Origin: the human T2T-CHM13v2.0 reference genome, Homo sapiens
Strand: one strand, 5' to 3'
Assembly (NCBI RefSeq): GCF_009914755.1
Contig: NC_060947.1
Length of the DNA: 64,000 nt
The position numbers were made by a program, and so were the translations under genes. Below, in pieces: positions 17,840 through 29,197 of the stretch. Each line of letters opens with the position of its first letter. The stretch's first letter is position 1. The notes under the pieces were generated by a model. It ran no database searches and was not told the DNA's origin. It saw only the letters and a program-made list of their open reading frames with translations.

Positions 17840-18600
17840 GTTATTTGGGAAATGATGGAAAATGCTGTAAAATTAGATTGTGGTGATGGTTGCACAACTC
17901 TATAAATATGCTAAAATTAATAGAATTGCTCACTTTTAAAGGGTGAATTTTATTCTATTTAAATTATAAATCAGTATATCTAAGAAATATCTGCCTGTCA
18001 TGTTTATTGCAGCACTATTCACAATAGCTAAGATATGGAATCAACCTAGGTATCCAGCAACAGATGAATGGATAAAGCAAGCATGGTGCATATACACAAT
18101 GGAATACTATTCAGCCATAAAAATGAATAAAATCCTGTCATTCACAGCAACATGGATGAGCTTGTAGGACATTATATTAAGTGAAATAAGTCAGACACAG
18201 ATAGACAACTACATATGTGGGAGCTAAAGTTGATCTTATAGAAGTAGACAGTAGAATAATGGTTACCAGAGGTAGGGAAAGGGAGGAGAGCCGGAGGAAT
18301 AAGGAGAGGTTGGTTCAGGAATATACACTTACAGCTAGACAGGAGGAATAAGTTCTAGTGTTTTATAGCACTGTAGGATGACTATAGTTAACAATAATTT
18401 ATTGTACATTTTCAGATCAAGAGAGGATTTTGAATACTCCCGACAGAAAAAATGACAAATGTTTGTGGTGATGGAAATGCTAATTATCCTGACTTAATCA
18501 TTACACATTGCATGCATGTATTGAAACATCACACTATACCCCCATAAATATATACAATTATTGTGTCAATTAAAAAATAAGCAAATTTTTAAAAATATAA
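17840..18600 (+). mobile_element. L1MB/ME 3' fragment followed by L1MA-type 3' end (~17968-18595)
   Basis: gtggtgatggttgcacaactc; atgtttattgcagcactattcacaatagc...ccataaatatatacaattattgtgtcaattaaaaa. Confidence 0.85.
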
Positions 18601-18654
18601 CTTAAAATTGAATCATTATTCTTAAGAAGACCTTAGTAAGTATCAGAACTAGGA

Positions 18655-18781
18655 CCCAGGGGGAGACTGTGGCTTCTGAGAAGAACCACCTGTGCTTTTG
18701 TCCTGCAATATGTTGTGACTTTCTATGGAATAAACTCAAAATAGTTGTTAATACAGTTAATACAACTGGCATGCCACATAG
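18655..18781 (+). pseudogene. Possible GREB1-like exon remnant (N-terminal Cys-rich region)
   Basis: GETVASEKNHLCF...WNKLKIVVNT vs GREB1 GNCVGCGKKGFCYF...SNHINLKLTT; weak match, boundaries uncertain. Confidence 0.35.
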
Positions 18782-19196
18782 GTTACAGATTTGCTGGGGC
18801 AGTACTGATCTTTACAGCCCTTGGGGCCACTGCCTGGAACCTGGAGGGCAGAAAATCCTCTTTCAATTGCTTCTGGCCAAGAACATCTTTTTTTCATTTG
18901 CCCTAGTGCGTCAAACAAATATTATACATTTTCTTGGGTCCCATAATGTGAAAAGGGCTAGAAAGCACTGCCTTAGGGAAATGCCATATCTATTGACCTT
19001 TTCTACATTTCTTAACCAGAGACTGAGCCTTGCAGGGGTGAGAATGGCACTAGAATTCTCGCTATTGGCAGATTTGGGGCTGTAGTAAATCAAAGGAAGC
19101 GAGGCTGGGTAGCTAGGAGAGGGTGCCCTGGGTAAATGTGAGGGCAGCCAGAACCAACTGTGGGAATCAACTTGGATGCTTCCTTTAATCCCACAG

Positions 19197-19330
19197 AGAA
19201 ATATGTTTACTCACCTGGAAAGCATAAACTGTTGCTAACTGGAGCAGAAAAGTAATTTCCATTTAAATATGGCAGAGGAAGACCAGAACAACAAGAAGAG
19301 GAACCTTCATATTAAAGAAATAGGGTCACC
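19197..19330 (+). pseudogene. GREB1-like exon remnant
   Basis: Acceptor tcctttaatcccacag at 19196; KYVYSPGKHKLLLTG vs GREB1 KYYLVRNAQGTLTKG (gap-free); 3' boundary uncertain. Confidence 0.5.
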
Positions 19331-19441
19331 TGTGTCTCCATTTTCAAATATAGAAACCACAGTCCAGGAGTAACTCCAAGTGCTCTGGAAGCCACCTGGG
19401 AGGTGTAGTGAAAATTTAGAGTATTTTAGGCTCTCCTTTAG

Positions 19442-19955
19442 GCCGATTTTAAAAGCCCTTTGCCAGGCGTCTCTAAGCTTATCTTACTTCTATGACCTAC
19501 CTGTCTTTGGGGAATGATACGGTTTGGTTGTATCCCCACTCAAATCTCATCTTGAATTGTAGCTCCCATAATTCCCATGTGTTGTGGGAGGGACCTGGTG
19601 GAAGATAATTGAATCATGTGGGCAGTTGCCTCCATGCTGTTCTTTGTGGTAGACAATAAGTTTCATGAGGTCTGATGGCTTTATAAGAGGTTTCCCCTTT
19701 CGCTTGGCTCACATTCGCTCTTTACCTGCCACCATGTAAGACGTGTCTTTTGACTTCTGCCATGATTGTGAGGGCCTCCTCAGCCACGTGGAACTGTGAG
19801 TCCAAAAAGAGATTAAATATCTTTTTCTTCACAAATTACCCAGTTTCGGATATGTCTTTATCAGCAGCATGAAAGCGGACTAATACAGGGAATGTTAGAC
19901 TCCTGAGATTGTTATAGATGGAGAATGTGTCTCAGAATTTATTACAATTTGCCAC
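19442..19955 (+). pseudogene. GREB1-like exon remnant split by THE1B
   Basis: Acceptor ctctcctttag; PILKALCQAS vs NLLKICKAK; removing the LTR and one TSD gives TYLSLGNVRLL vs PYLCGNLNDVV. Confidence 0.6.
19515..19887 (+). mobile_element. THE1B-like MaLR solo LTR
   Basis: tgatacggtttggttgtatccccactcaaatctc...gcggactaataca; perfect 5-bp TSD gggaa at 19510-19514 and 19888-19892. Confidence 0.95.
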
Positions 19956-19970
19956 CAATAATCCTTTCTG

Positions 19971-20433
19971 GTGCCTTAGTTTGGGTTCTCTAGAAGCTGA
20001 CCCTGAGACAATGAATTGAGTGTGAGTAATTTATTTGGGTGGTGCAGAAAACGCAGAAAGGGGTGCAAAGAAGTGACTCAGGGGAGAGAAGGAAGGAAGC
20101 TTATAAAGGGTGTGTTATCAAGCAAGTCACCACTTTGGGCAATAGAAACTAATCCCACTGGGCACACCTGGGAGACAGTGTAGAGCACATATTTCAGAAC
20201 TATGCCCACTGAGGGGCAAGGAGGCTTCCCACTAGTTCCCTATTAGTTGAGGGCTACTTCCTGGGGATGTTAATTCCTCAGAATCCCAGGCCTATTGTGC
20301 AGATGGTCAAAGTAGGGTCTGGGGGGCAGAGAAAGCGCCCAGGGGATGTGGGTGCTGGCAGTTGCTAGTTGAGCCTGCATGTACTGATGCAGTAAGAGAG
20401 GGTGTATGGGTGGATATCACCAGCCTCCGTTAC
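19971..20433 (-). mobile_element. LTR16-family ERVL LTR
   Basis: ttagtttgggttctctagaagctgaccctgagacaa...gtatgggtggatatcaccagcctccgttaca. Confidence 0.75.
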
Positions 20434-20461
20434 ACCTGGCTAAAGCCTTCTTGTGTTGCAG

Positions 20462-20878
20462 GCACCTGCTGCCTCCTTTTTGAAAAGACAGAAATTAATT
20501 TCCACCAACCATTTGCTCTCAAAGCAGGGACTCTGGTACCAATGATGTTTGGCCCAGCACAGTGTGGAACTTGCAGCCACCAAGGGTGCTGACTATGCTG
20601 TTGGCTGTTCTGAGAGCATTATTTGTGATCCACCCAGAGAAAGCCTGAGAAGGGAGGATCGTTACACTGGCCTGTTGAGGACTGAGCTATCCATATCCAC
20701 AAGCTGTCTGAGGTCACCTGTGTCTCTGACAACAGAAGCCAGAGCCTCTGGCCATAGCCATCAGATTGGATTTCTAGACAGCTCTGTCTCTAATCTGGAG
20801 GAGACTCAGTGGCCAAAGAAAGTGGGTCACTCTGGGCTCTTGGCTGATGTTTCTCAACTGCCATAGTGTCCTTGTGAG
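20462..20878 (+). pseudogene. GREB1-like exon (417 nt, phase 0-0, two stops)
   Basis: Acceptor ttgtgttgcag, donor gag|gtaaca; one frame with TGA 20543 and TAG 20864; SVELAA...SESIICDPPRESL vs GREB1 LVQLAA...LEQIFLRSWRESHL. Confidence 0.75.
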
Positions 20879-20939
20879 GTAACAGTGGGAATTTTGGTTC
20901 TTCCCATCATCCCATCCCCAACACACACACACACTTTAG

Positions 20940-21160
20940 CAAGGCAGCACAGCACAATGGTTAAGAATTTGTGTATACGCTCTGGGGTTAAACTGCCAGC
21001 CTCAAATGCCAGGTTTCCTACCTAGGTAAGTCACTTAACCTCTCTGTGCCTTGGTTTCACTCTCATAATAGCACCACAGAGGACTGGTACAAGGATGAAG
21101 TGATGGAAAACATCTAGAACATTCTAAGAGCATCTAGCAAGTGCCTGATAAATGGTAACA
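20940..21160 (+). mobile_element. MIR SINE
   Basis: cacagcacaatggttaag...gtaagtcacttaacctctctgtgccttggtttc. Confidence 0.8.
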
Positions 21161-21489
21161 TTTTTAAAATTCTGCTTATAAAAAAATAAAAACACTGGAA
21201 GTGGGGAGATGCACCCAAGGCCACAAAGCAAATTGGATTTATAGCAGAAAAGAACTGAGCTTGGCAGGCCCTACCCAACCTCTAACCCAGCAATTCTCCT
21301 CCACATATTGGGAGTCAATTGACATTCCAATTCTCTTTGCTAATCCTAATTCTTGTAACAGCTCCAGCTACAGAGACTGGGATTTCAGCATTGATTTCCC
21401 TGAAGCTAGGATCCTGACCATATGTGGGCCCTAGTCCCAAGCGTAACTCCCCCAGCCTCAATCCCATTTCCCCTAATTCCCATGCCTAG

Positions 21490-21549
21490 GCTTCTCTTGT
21501 GGTCCCTGTTCCCTTTCCTTGGTTCGTTCAGGGCAATGTTTGGCTCCAG
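21490..21549 (+). pseudogene. GREB1-like 60-nt exon, phase 0-0, open
   Basis: cccatgcctag|...ctccag|gtaggt; ASLVVPVPFPWFVQGNVWLQ; phase fits both neighbours. Confidence 0.65.
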
Positions 21550-21940
21550 GTAGGTGCTTGGACAGGGCAAGTTGCAGGCAGTAGTCTGCCTAGTGAGTAA
21601 ATATAAGAGTCAATACGATTATTCCTACCAGGAGCTAAAGTCCTGTCAGGGTCAGGGGACCGATCTCATATCCTGGTACCATATCCTGTTTGCCTGGAAT
21701 TCCATGCCTAATTCACCACGAGCTTCTGGGCTCCATGCTCAATCTCTACCTTTTCATGCCAATTTTTGGACTTGGATGAAGACCAGAAGTGACTATAATT
21801 TCTGATGCCAGATTCTACTTCCAGGAGAAATCTCTTCTGGCAGCACCTGCAGCTGAGCCAACACCCCCAGAATTTATCCTAGTCCAATGAATGGGTGCAC
21901 AGCCTGCTTCTAACCTCTCTTCATCTCTCCATTCTGTTAG

Positions 21941-22131
21941 GTGATGGGGCTACTGGTCCAGGAAGTGACCCTGGCCAGACTGGCTGCACCATACTCCTTT
22001 ATTCTCCACCTATGACAAACAAATGCCTCTGACTTTGGAGTCCAAACCTAGATTCAGAAATTCCATTTCCATCCAATCAGACATTGGCTGATTCTGAAAC
22101 CAGTCAATTTGCAGACTAAGTTCAAACTAAA
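21941..22131 (+). pseudogene. GREB1-like exon with two nonsense codons
   Basis: Strong acceptor ctctcttcatctctccattctgttag; VMGLLVQEVTLARLAAPYSFILHL*QTNASDFGVQT*IQKF vs GREB1 MFRLLVEGKLAKTNYVVII; donor uncertain. Confidence 0.65.
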
Positions 22132-22189
22132 GTAATTCTTGAGGTCCTGTAAAAATGCCTGCTTCAATTCACCATTAATTTTTTCATTG

Positions 22190-22455
22190 CCAATTCTAGG
22201 TGCCCGAAGAACAAAAATTAATAAGTCACATCAGTTATCTCCTGATAAAGAAGGCAAATGTGTAAGCAAATAGCTATTATATGAGGTTATAAATGCTAAA
22301 ATAAAAGTATTATTTGAATGCTATGGAAATTATAAAAAGAAAGAATTAATCCTATGGGGAAAGATCAAATAAAGCTTCGAAACAGAAATGATGTGTGAGC
22401 TAAGTTTGAAGGATGAATGGAACACTTCAGGTCGAGAAAGCGGAAAGGACATTTT
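22190..22455 (-). mobile_element. L2 fragment
   Basis: gtgtgagctaagtttgaaggatgaatgg...ggaaaggacatt. Confidence 0.6.
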
Positions 22456-22599
22456 AATTTTCCCTCCTTTTTAACCTGAGATCAAGAGAGCTCTTTCGGC
22501 TATGTCTCTTAGTTTGCAAGCACTATCTTCATTGGCCCATCAAAGTTCCCCATTTTCCTTTCTTTCTCTTTCCCTTTAAATCTTCAATTTCCCAGGTCC

Positions 22600-23040
22600 A
22601 TTTCCTTTCCCCATAGGCTCCCTCTTGAAGGTGCATAAGTGATATCTTTAAATATTCTTTTGTATTTGTATAATACATACTGTTTTATGCATATGTGTTT
22701 TTCATTTACATAAGTGGTATTATGCTGTAAATACCATTCTCTTTCTTATATTGTTCACTCAATACTCTTTTCAAAGATCTACACATGTTGGTGTACATTT
22801 AGTTTTTTCTTCTAACTGCAGCATAGTGCTCTAGGGTGTGCATGAACATCAGTTTGCTCATCGGTTCCCCTAATAATGGACACCTAGTTTGCTTCTAACT
22901 CTCTCGCCTCACAAGAACATCCATATCACTTTACATACCTCTGCATGAACTTTTCTCGGCCAAAATCCCAGAGGTGGCACCGCTGGGTCATAAAGCATCT
23001 GCATATTAATTCTTCGAGATATTGCCAAATTGCTCTCAAA
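22600..23040 (-). mobile_element. L1ME fragment
   Basis: ttacataagtggtattatgctg...gatattgccaaattgctctc. Confidence 0.6.
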
Positions 23041-23044
23041 ACGC

Positions 23045-23430
23045 ATGCCTTTAGCAAAGAGTTATTGGGCACCAACCACATACATACCAGGCACTATTCT
23101 AGCCACAGGAGATTTAGCCGTGAACAAAGTCCTGCTCTCAATGAACTTAGTCAAGTGTAAGAGATAGCAATTAACTCATAAATGTATAATGAAATAACAC
23201 ACCGTGAAAGGTGCCATGAAGAAAATAGAGCAGGGTAGGGGACAGAGAGTAACAAAGAGTGCTATTTTAGGTAAGAAAGTCAGGGAAAGCCTCTCTGAGA
23301 GAGGGCCCAATGAAATGAAAGAGTGAGCCATGTATTGGATCTGGGGGAGAACATTCCAGGCAAAGGAAACAGCAAGGCTTGGAGATGGGAGCGGATTGGT
23401 TGAGTGTGAGCCACAGCAAGAGGGCAGCGT
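23045..23430 (-). mobile_element. L2a fragment
   Basis: ttattgggcacc...ccaggcactattctag...gaacattccaggcaaaggaaacagc. Confidence 0.8.
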
Positions 23431-23801
23431 TTGGGGTATTTAAGCAATGGATTTATTGTCTAATTGATGGTAATGCTAGTAAAATGCTTAGCGCAGTGCC
23501 AGGTGCCACTTAAGTGCTCAATTGTGACAAACTATTACTATTATTGGAGCACTGTGATTAGATTGGAGGTTTGGAAAGGTCTTTTTCATTGTAGAAGAAA
23601 GAAGGGTGGGAGAATTAGAGGCCAATGAGAGGGGCTGGGGCATGGACTGCGGAAGTGGAGCTTCAGCTTAGCATTGTTTAAACAGCCCTAGAAATATTGT
23701 TTTGTTTGTTTTTTCACAAGTGTTCTTTTTAACAATGCTTGAGAACTGGTTTTGGAGCCAGAAATTGAGCTGATAGTCCTCATTCATCTTCATTGCCTTA
23801 G

Positions 23802-24022
23802 TTAGTGAACCCAGAGTATGGTCCTTACAGAAGAGGGAGTTACTTCAAGGATTAAGGAGATACTCGGAAGAGAAGCTGGACCAAAGTGTATCCTTTGCTC
23901 ATTGGGAGTTTAGAGTGAACAGTATCTTGGCAGGATGTTGCAGCTAAATGCCCAAATGATCAGCTAATTACTTGGGTCTGAACACAGCTGAACAAATCCA
24001 CCTTCCCAAGACACTGCCAGAG
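23802..24022 (+). pseudogene. GREB1-like exon remnant
   Basis: Acceptor cattgccttag, donor gag|gtttga; EPRVWS...VSFAHWEFRVNSI and (shifted) KCPNDQLITW vs GREB1 QARILS...VNYELVTGKVDSL...LCPEGDIDIL. Confidence 0.55.
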
Positions 24023-24169
24023 GTTTGAGCAACTTCATTCTGGCTGGATTTCAGCACCACACACCAAGGACTAGATGACTGGGCCAGGAGGGACATTTTT
24101 CACTTTCCCACTTCCTTCTGTTAAAAAAAAAAATACTACAGTACAATCAATTTTCCTACTGACAGATTT

Positions 24170-25310
24170 GATAGCAGTTATAGAAAATATAAAGAGATAT
24201 TCAGCCTCACTAGAAATCAGTACTATGCAATTATAAACAGAAATGAGAGGCCATTTTTCATCTACTAGGTTGGCAAACATTATGGGGGTTGATAATATCC
24301 AGTGTTGGGGAGAGTGGGAGGGAAATGGGCACTGTCGTATACCTTGGTGGGAGTTTTAATTACAAAAGACATTTTAGAGGGCAATTTGGCAGCTTCTAAC
24401 AACATTTAAAATGATCAGAGCCTTGATTTAGCAAGCCCCCTTCCAAGCCAGTTTCTAGAAGCTCTATCCTGTTGCATGTGTACCCAAAGATAGACATACA
24501 GCTGACCTTGAACACCACAGGTTTGAACTGTGCAGGTCCACTTGTACGTGGATTTTCTTCTACCTTTGTCACCTCTGAGACAGCAAGACCATCTCCTCCT
24601 CTTCCGCCTCCTCCATAGCCTGCTCAATGTGAAGATGATGAGGATGATTCCCTTTATCATGACCAACTTCCACTGATGAATAGTAAATATATTTTTGCTT
24701 CCTTATGATTTTCTTAATATTTTTTCTTTAGCTTACTTTATTGTAAGAATACAGTATATAGAACATATAACATACAAAATAAGTTTTAAACGAAGGCTAT
24801 CAGTAAGGTTTATGGTCAGCAGTAGGCTACTAGTAAAGTTTTTGAGGAGTCAAAAGTTATACACAGATTTTTTTACTATTTGGGGGGTCAGTGCCCCTAG
24901 CCCCCACATTGTTCAAGGGTCAACTGTATATATACACATATAGTGAAAAGTGCAATTGACCTAAATGCTCATCTAAAGGGGAGAGGTTAAATAGATAGTT
25001 GCATGTCTGTATAATGGAGTCCTTGGTATGTATTGACAGGGAAATATATAATAATACATATATAACATGGACGTAACAATTTGGATAAAATGTGCAATAG
25101 GACCCTATTAATATATACAAATGAAACCTATATATGTTTATTTATGTGTGTAAACACTTTTCTAGAAGGTCTGAAAGAACACACTTCAACTGTTAACTCC
25201 AAATACTCTCTGGGGAGGGGAGTAGGAAAGGGCGGGAAGGGTTTGAAAGGTTTTTCTCTCTAAGCAGCCTTGCATTATATGTGCATTTAATGGCAATTTT
25301 ATAAGACAGA
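24170..25310 (+). mobile_element. L1ME fragment interrupted by Tigger2a
   Basis: gatattcagcctcactag...gagggcaatttggcagc; resumes after 24928. Confidence 0.65.
24499..24926 (+). mobile_element. Tigger2a/MER28-like TcMar DNA transposon
   Basis: TIRs cagctgaccttgaaca / tgttcaagggtcaactg; TA target duplication at 24497-24498 and 24927-24928. Confidence 0.9.
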
Positions 25311-25766
25311 AACTAAGGGACTATGGCATTTGTAATATGTTTCATGTACTTCATATGCTTCATCTTCCTCCTCCTCACCACCATTATCCTGATCATCTGT
25401 TCAATGCCTTTTCTCTTTCTTGGCACATGACAAACTCTGAATCCTAAGCAAGCTCTTACTGTGGCTGATAGCTCTGTCAGCTGTTAATTATTCATGCTAA
25501 TGGAAGGGGCCGGAAGCACAGATAATGCAAAATCAAGAAGAGTAAATCTTTCAGAGTCTTGTCTACTCCCCTCTTGGGTCCTCTGGGAACACCTTACATA
25601 CTGTAGGTATTTACTCAGCAATAAATATTGATTGATATGGAATGATATTTGTCTCTGCAATTTCAAGCCACCCACATTCTCAGACTTGCAGATTCATACC
25701 CCTGGTCAGTGCCTTCCTCAGATCTTTACTGGCCTGGCCCTGCAGGTAGGGGTCTGACCACTGCAG

Positions 25767-25889
25767 GGGTTCCCATGAGGACTGTCAAGCCTCAGGAATT
25801 ATTCGACAATGGTATATTCCTTTCATGGAAAACACAGAGATTAAGGGAATCCTTGTAGTTATTTGTTTGTTTTTACATAAAGTGAACTG
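25767..25889 (+). pseudogene. Exon-like segment of the pseudogene (open 123 nt)
   Basis: ctgcag|...ctg|gtgagt strong donor; GSHEDCQASGIIRQWYIPFMENTEIKGILVVICLFLHKVN; no clear GREB1 motif (would fall in a variable linker). Confidence 0.45.
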
Positions 25890-25954
25890 GTGAGTTTCTT
25901 TGTCTCGTGGATTTTCAGCCAGCTTATGTTCAGAAATCAGAAACAAATCCAAAC

Positions 25955-27030
25955 AAGAATTTCACATCCATTGGAATGGCTAGAATAAGAAAGGACTGAC
26001 AACTGTGAATATTGATGAGGATATGGAGCAATCAGAACTCACGCACTGCTGGTGGGAGTTTAAAATGGTACAACCACTTTGGAAAACTGGCAGTTTCTTA
26101 AAATCATACATCTAATCCTATGACCTAGCAATTTCATTTCCAAATGTTTACCTAGGAGAAATGAAAATACAGGTTCACAATAAGACTTGTACATGAATGT
26201 TCATAGCAGCCTTATTTGTGATAGCCACAAACAAGAAACAACCTAAATGTCCAACAACAGGCAAATGGATTAACAAATTATGGTATATTTGTACAATGAA
26301 TATATATTCAACACTAAAAAGAATAAACTAATGATACATTCAATATCATGGATGAATCTCAAAAACATTTGTTGAGCAAAAGAAGCCAGACACACAAAAA
26401 TATGTACTGTATAATTCCATTTTTATGAAGTTCTAGAACCAGCAAAACTACTCCATGGTGATTGAAGTCAGAAGTAGTTGCTTATGGGGCTGTGGGGCAT
26501 TGATTTAAAAGGTGCACGTAACATCTTTCTAGTGTCATGGAAGTATTCTAGATCTTCATAAAACTCATCAAACTGAACATATAATAACTGTATTAGCTTG
26601 CTACGGCTGCCATAACAAAATACCACAGACTGGGTGGTTTAAACAACAGAAATTTATTTTCTTACAGTTCTGGAGGCAAGTCCAAGATCAAGGTGTTTAC
26701 AGGGTTGGTTTCTCCTGAAGCTTCTCCCCTTGGCTTGTAGACATCTGTCTTCTTGCTGTGTCCTCACATGGTCTTCCCTCTATGTACTGTCTTTGGCCAA
26801 ATCTCCTCTTGTTTTAAGGACATTGGCAATACTGAATTAGCGTCTGCCCTAACAACCTCATTTTAACTTCATGACCCCTGTGAAGACCTTATCTCCAAGT
26901 ACAGTCACATTCTAAGGTGCAGGAGGATAAGGTTTCAACATATGAATTTTTTGGGGGGATACACTTCAACACATAACAATACCTGTGCATTTTCCTATAT
27001 GTAAATTGTTTCTCAGTAAAAAAAAAAAAC
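25955..27030 (+). mobile_element. L1ME 3' region interrupted by MLT1A0
   Basis: aaatggtacaaccactttggaaaac...catggatgaatctcaaaaac...tgtgcattttcctatatgtaaattg plus A tail. Confidence 0.85.
26589..26978 (-). mobile_element. MLT1A0-like solo LTR
   Basis: tgtattagcttgctacggctgccataacaaaataccacagactgggtgg...cacttcaacacataaca; TSD ataac/atacc. Confidence 0.9.
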
Positions 27031-27139
27031 AGAAAAGTAAAATCCCCCATATTTCTGGAGGTAGAGGGAGACTGGACATTGGTGAACAGTGAAGATGTCT
27101 GTCATCTAGTGTTAAAGGCACCGCAACAGAGTTACAATA

Positions 27140-27370
27140 CCATGACAGCCATCATTTATTGAGTGGGGTTCTTTACATATATTAACTTACTTAATCTTGG
27201 CAACCATCCTATGAGGTATAGATACCATTATTATACCTATTTTAGATGAGGAAACCAAGTCACAGAGAGGCTAAGTAGTTTACTTAAGGTTACACAGCTA
27301 GAAAGTGGCAAAGCCAGGAGGTGACTCCAAGCAGGCTGTGCCCAGAGCTTGCACAACTACCACCTAACTC
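27140..27370 (-). mobile_element. MIR SINE
   Basis: tttagatgaggaaaccaagtcacagagaggctaagtagtttacttaaggttacacagcta. Confidence 0.85.
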
Positions 27371-27821
27371 TGCCCCACTGGCTTGAGAAGAGATCACCGA
27401 TAGATGGATATCTGGGAAGGCAGATGTGTCCAAAAATCATGGGACCCTCCTAAAGGAGAATAGAAGAACTCCAGGTTACAGACTACATGGGGGTTCTGAG
27501 GAGAAATTAGCTGATCATTGTGTTGCCTAGCATAGTGCTTGGCACATAATGGGTTTTGAATATTAATTTTGAGTATACTTCACAGGCTTCTCTGCCTGGT
27601 ACATGCAGGTCCCCTTCTTAGGGAATCTGGCCTCCCCACCTATAACCCAGAAGTCCCTAAATGTGTGTGTGTTTGTGCTTGTGTGTATTAACTTTTCATC
27701 AAACTACAACACACATAGAGAAAAGTACATAGATTCCCCCCTTGCTCCCCTTTCCAGACATCCCTGCCAGCAAGGGTAACTGCCTCCTAACTTTTAACAG
27801 CGTGGATTGGTTTTGTCATCT

Positions 27822-28057
27822 CTATGAGTTTCCCAGAACTGCTGCAACAAAGTACCACAAACTGGGTGGCATAAAACAATAGAAATTTATTGTCTTACAG
27901 TTCTGAAGGCTAGATTTACAAAATCAAGGTGTCAGCAGAGCCATGCTCCCCCTGAAACCTGCGGGGGACAATTCTTCCTTGTCTCTGCCTAGCTTCTGAT
28001 AGTTGCTAGCAATTCCTTTAACGTGTCTTTTTGGGGAACACAATTCAACCCATAACA
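27822..28057 (-). mobile_element. MLT1C-like LTR with internal deletion
   Basis: gctgcaacaaagtaccacaaactgggtggc...tttttggggaacacaattcaacccataaca; both ends present in only ~235 bp. Confidence 0.8.
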
Positions 28058-28115
28058 CCATACAAATGAAACAAATGAAATCATACAATAAGAACTCTTG
28101 TGGCTGGCTTCTTTC

Positions 28116-29197
28116 TTTTTTTTAAATTTTTTTTTATTTTTTATTTTATTTATTTATTTTATTTTATTATTATTATACTTTAAGTTTTAGGGTACATGTG
28201 CACAATGTGCAGGTTAGTTACATATGTGTACATGTGCCATGCTGGTGTGCTGCACCCATTAACTCGTCATTTAGCATTAGGTATATCTCCTAATGCTATC
28301 CCTCCCCACTCCCCCCACCCCACAACAGTCCCCAGAGTGTGATGTTCCCCTTCCTGTGTCCATATGTTCTCATTGTTCAATTCCCACCTATGAGTGAGAA
28401 CATGCAGTGTTTAGTTTTTTGTCCTTGAGATAGTTTACTGAAAATGATGATTTCCAATTTCATCCATGTCCCTACAAAGGACATGAGCTCATCATTTTTT
28501 ATGGCTGCATAGTATTCCATGGTGTATATGTGCCACATTTTCTTAATCCAGTCTATCATTGTTGGACATTTGGGTTGGTTCCAAGTCTTTGCTATTGTGA
28601 ATAGTGCCACAATAAACATACGTGTGCATGTGTCTTTATAGCAGCATGATTTATAGTCCTTTGGGTATATACGCAGCAATGCGATGGCTGGGTCAAATGG
28701 TATTTCTAGTTCTAGATCCCTGAGGAATCGCCACACTGACTTCCACAATGGTTGAACTAGTTTACAGTCCCACCAACAGTGTAAAAGTGTTCCTATTTCT
28801 CCACATCCTCTCCAGCACCTGTTGTTTCCTGACTTTTTAATGATTGCCATTCTAACTGGTGTGAGATGGTATCTCATTGTGGTTTTGATTTGCATTTCTC
28901 TGATGGCCAGTGATGGTGAGCATTTTTTCATGTGTTTTTTGGCTGCATAAATGTCTTCTTTTGAGAAGTGTCTGTTCATATCCTTCACCCACTTTTTGAT
29001 GGGGTTGTTTGTTTTTTTCTTGTAAATTTGTTGGAGTTCATTGTAGATTCTGGATATTAGCCCTTTGTCAGATGAGTAGGTTGTGAAAATTTTCTCCCAT
29101 TTTGTAGGTTGCCTGTTCACACTGATGGTAGTTTCTTTTGCTGTGCAGAAGCTCTTTAGTTTAATTAGATCCCATTTGTCAATTTTTGCTTTTGTTG
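28116..29197 (-). mobile_element. Young 5'-truncated L1PA2-like element
   Basis: Near-consensus L1 3' UTR (cagtccccagagtgtgatgttcccc) and T-rich tail; 18-bp TSD ttgtggctggcttctttc at 28098-28115 and 29195-29212. Confidence 0.95.
28377..29120 (-). pseudogene. L1 ORF2p C-terminal fragment (247 aa open, includes CCHC knuckle); not a cellular gene
   Basis: [18 protein letters not shown] and terminal FSLIGGN of L1 ORF2p. Confidence 0.95.

Noticed and set aside
19197-19255. KLLLTGAEK as the GREB1 Walker-A lead-in (RRLLLSGPPQ)
   Set aside because: It would be out of order. The Walker-A-like region is found collinearly at ~37250-37330, and this exon fits the N-terminal KYYLVRNAQGTLTKG position.
28377-29120. 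247-aa ORF as a host gene
   Set aside because: It is the C-terminus of L1 ORF2p in a 5'-truncated insertion.
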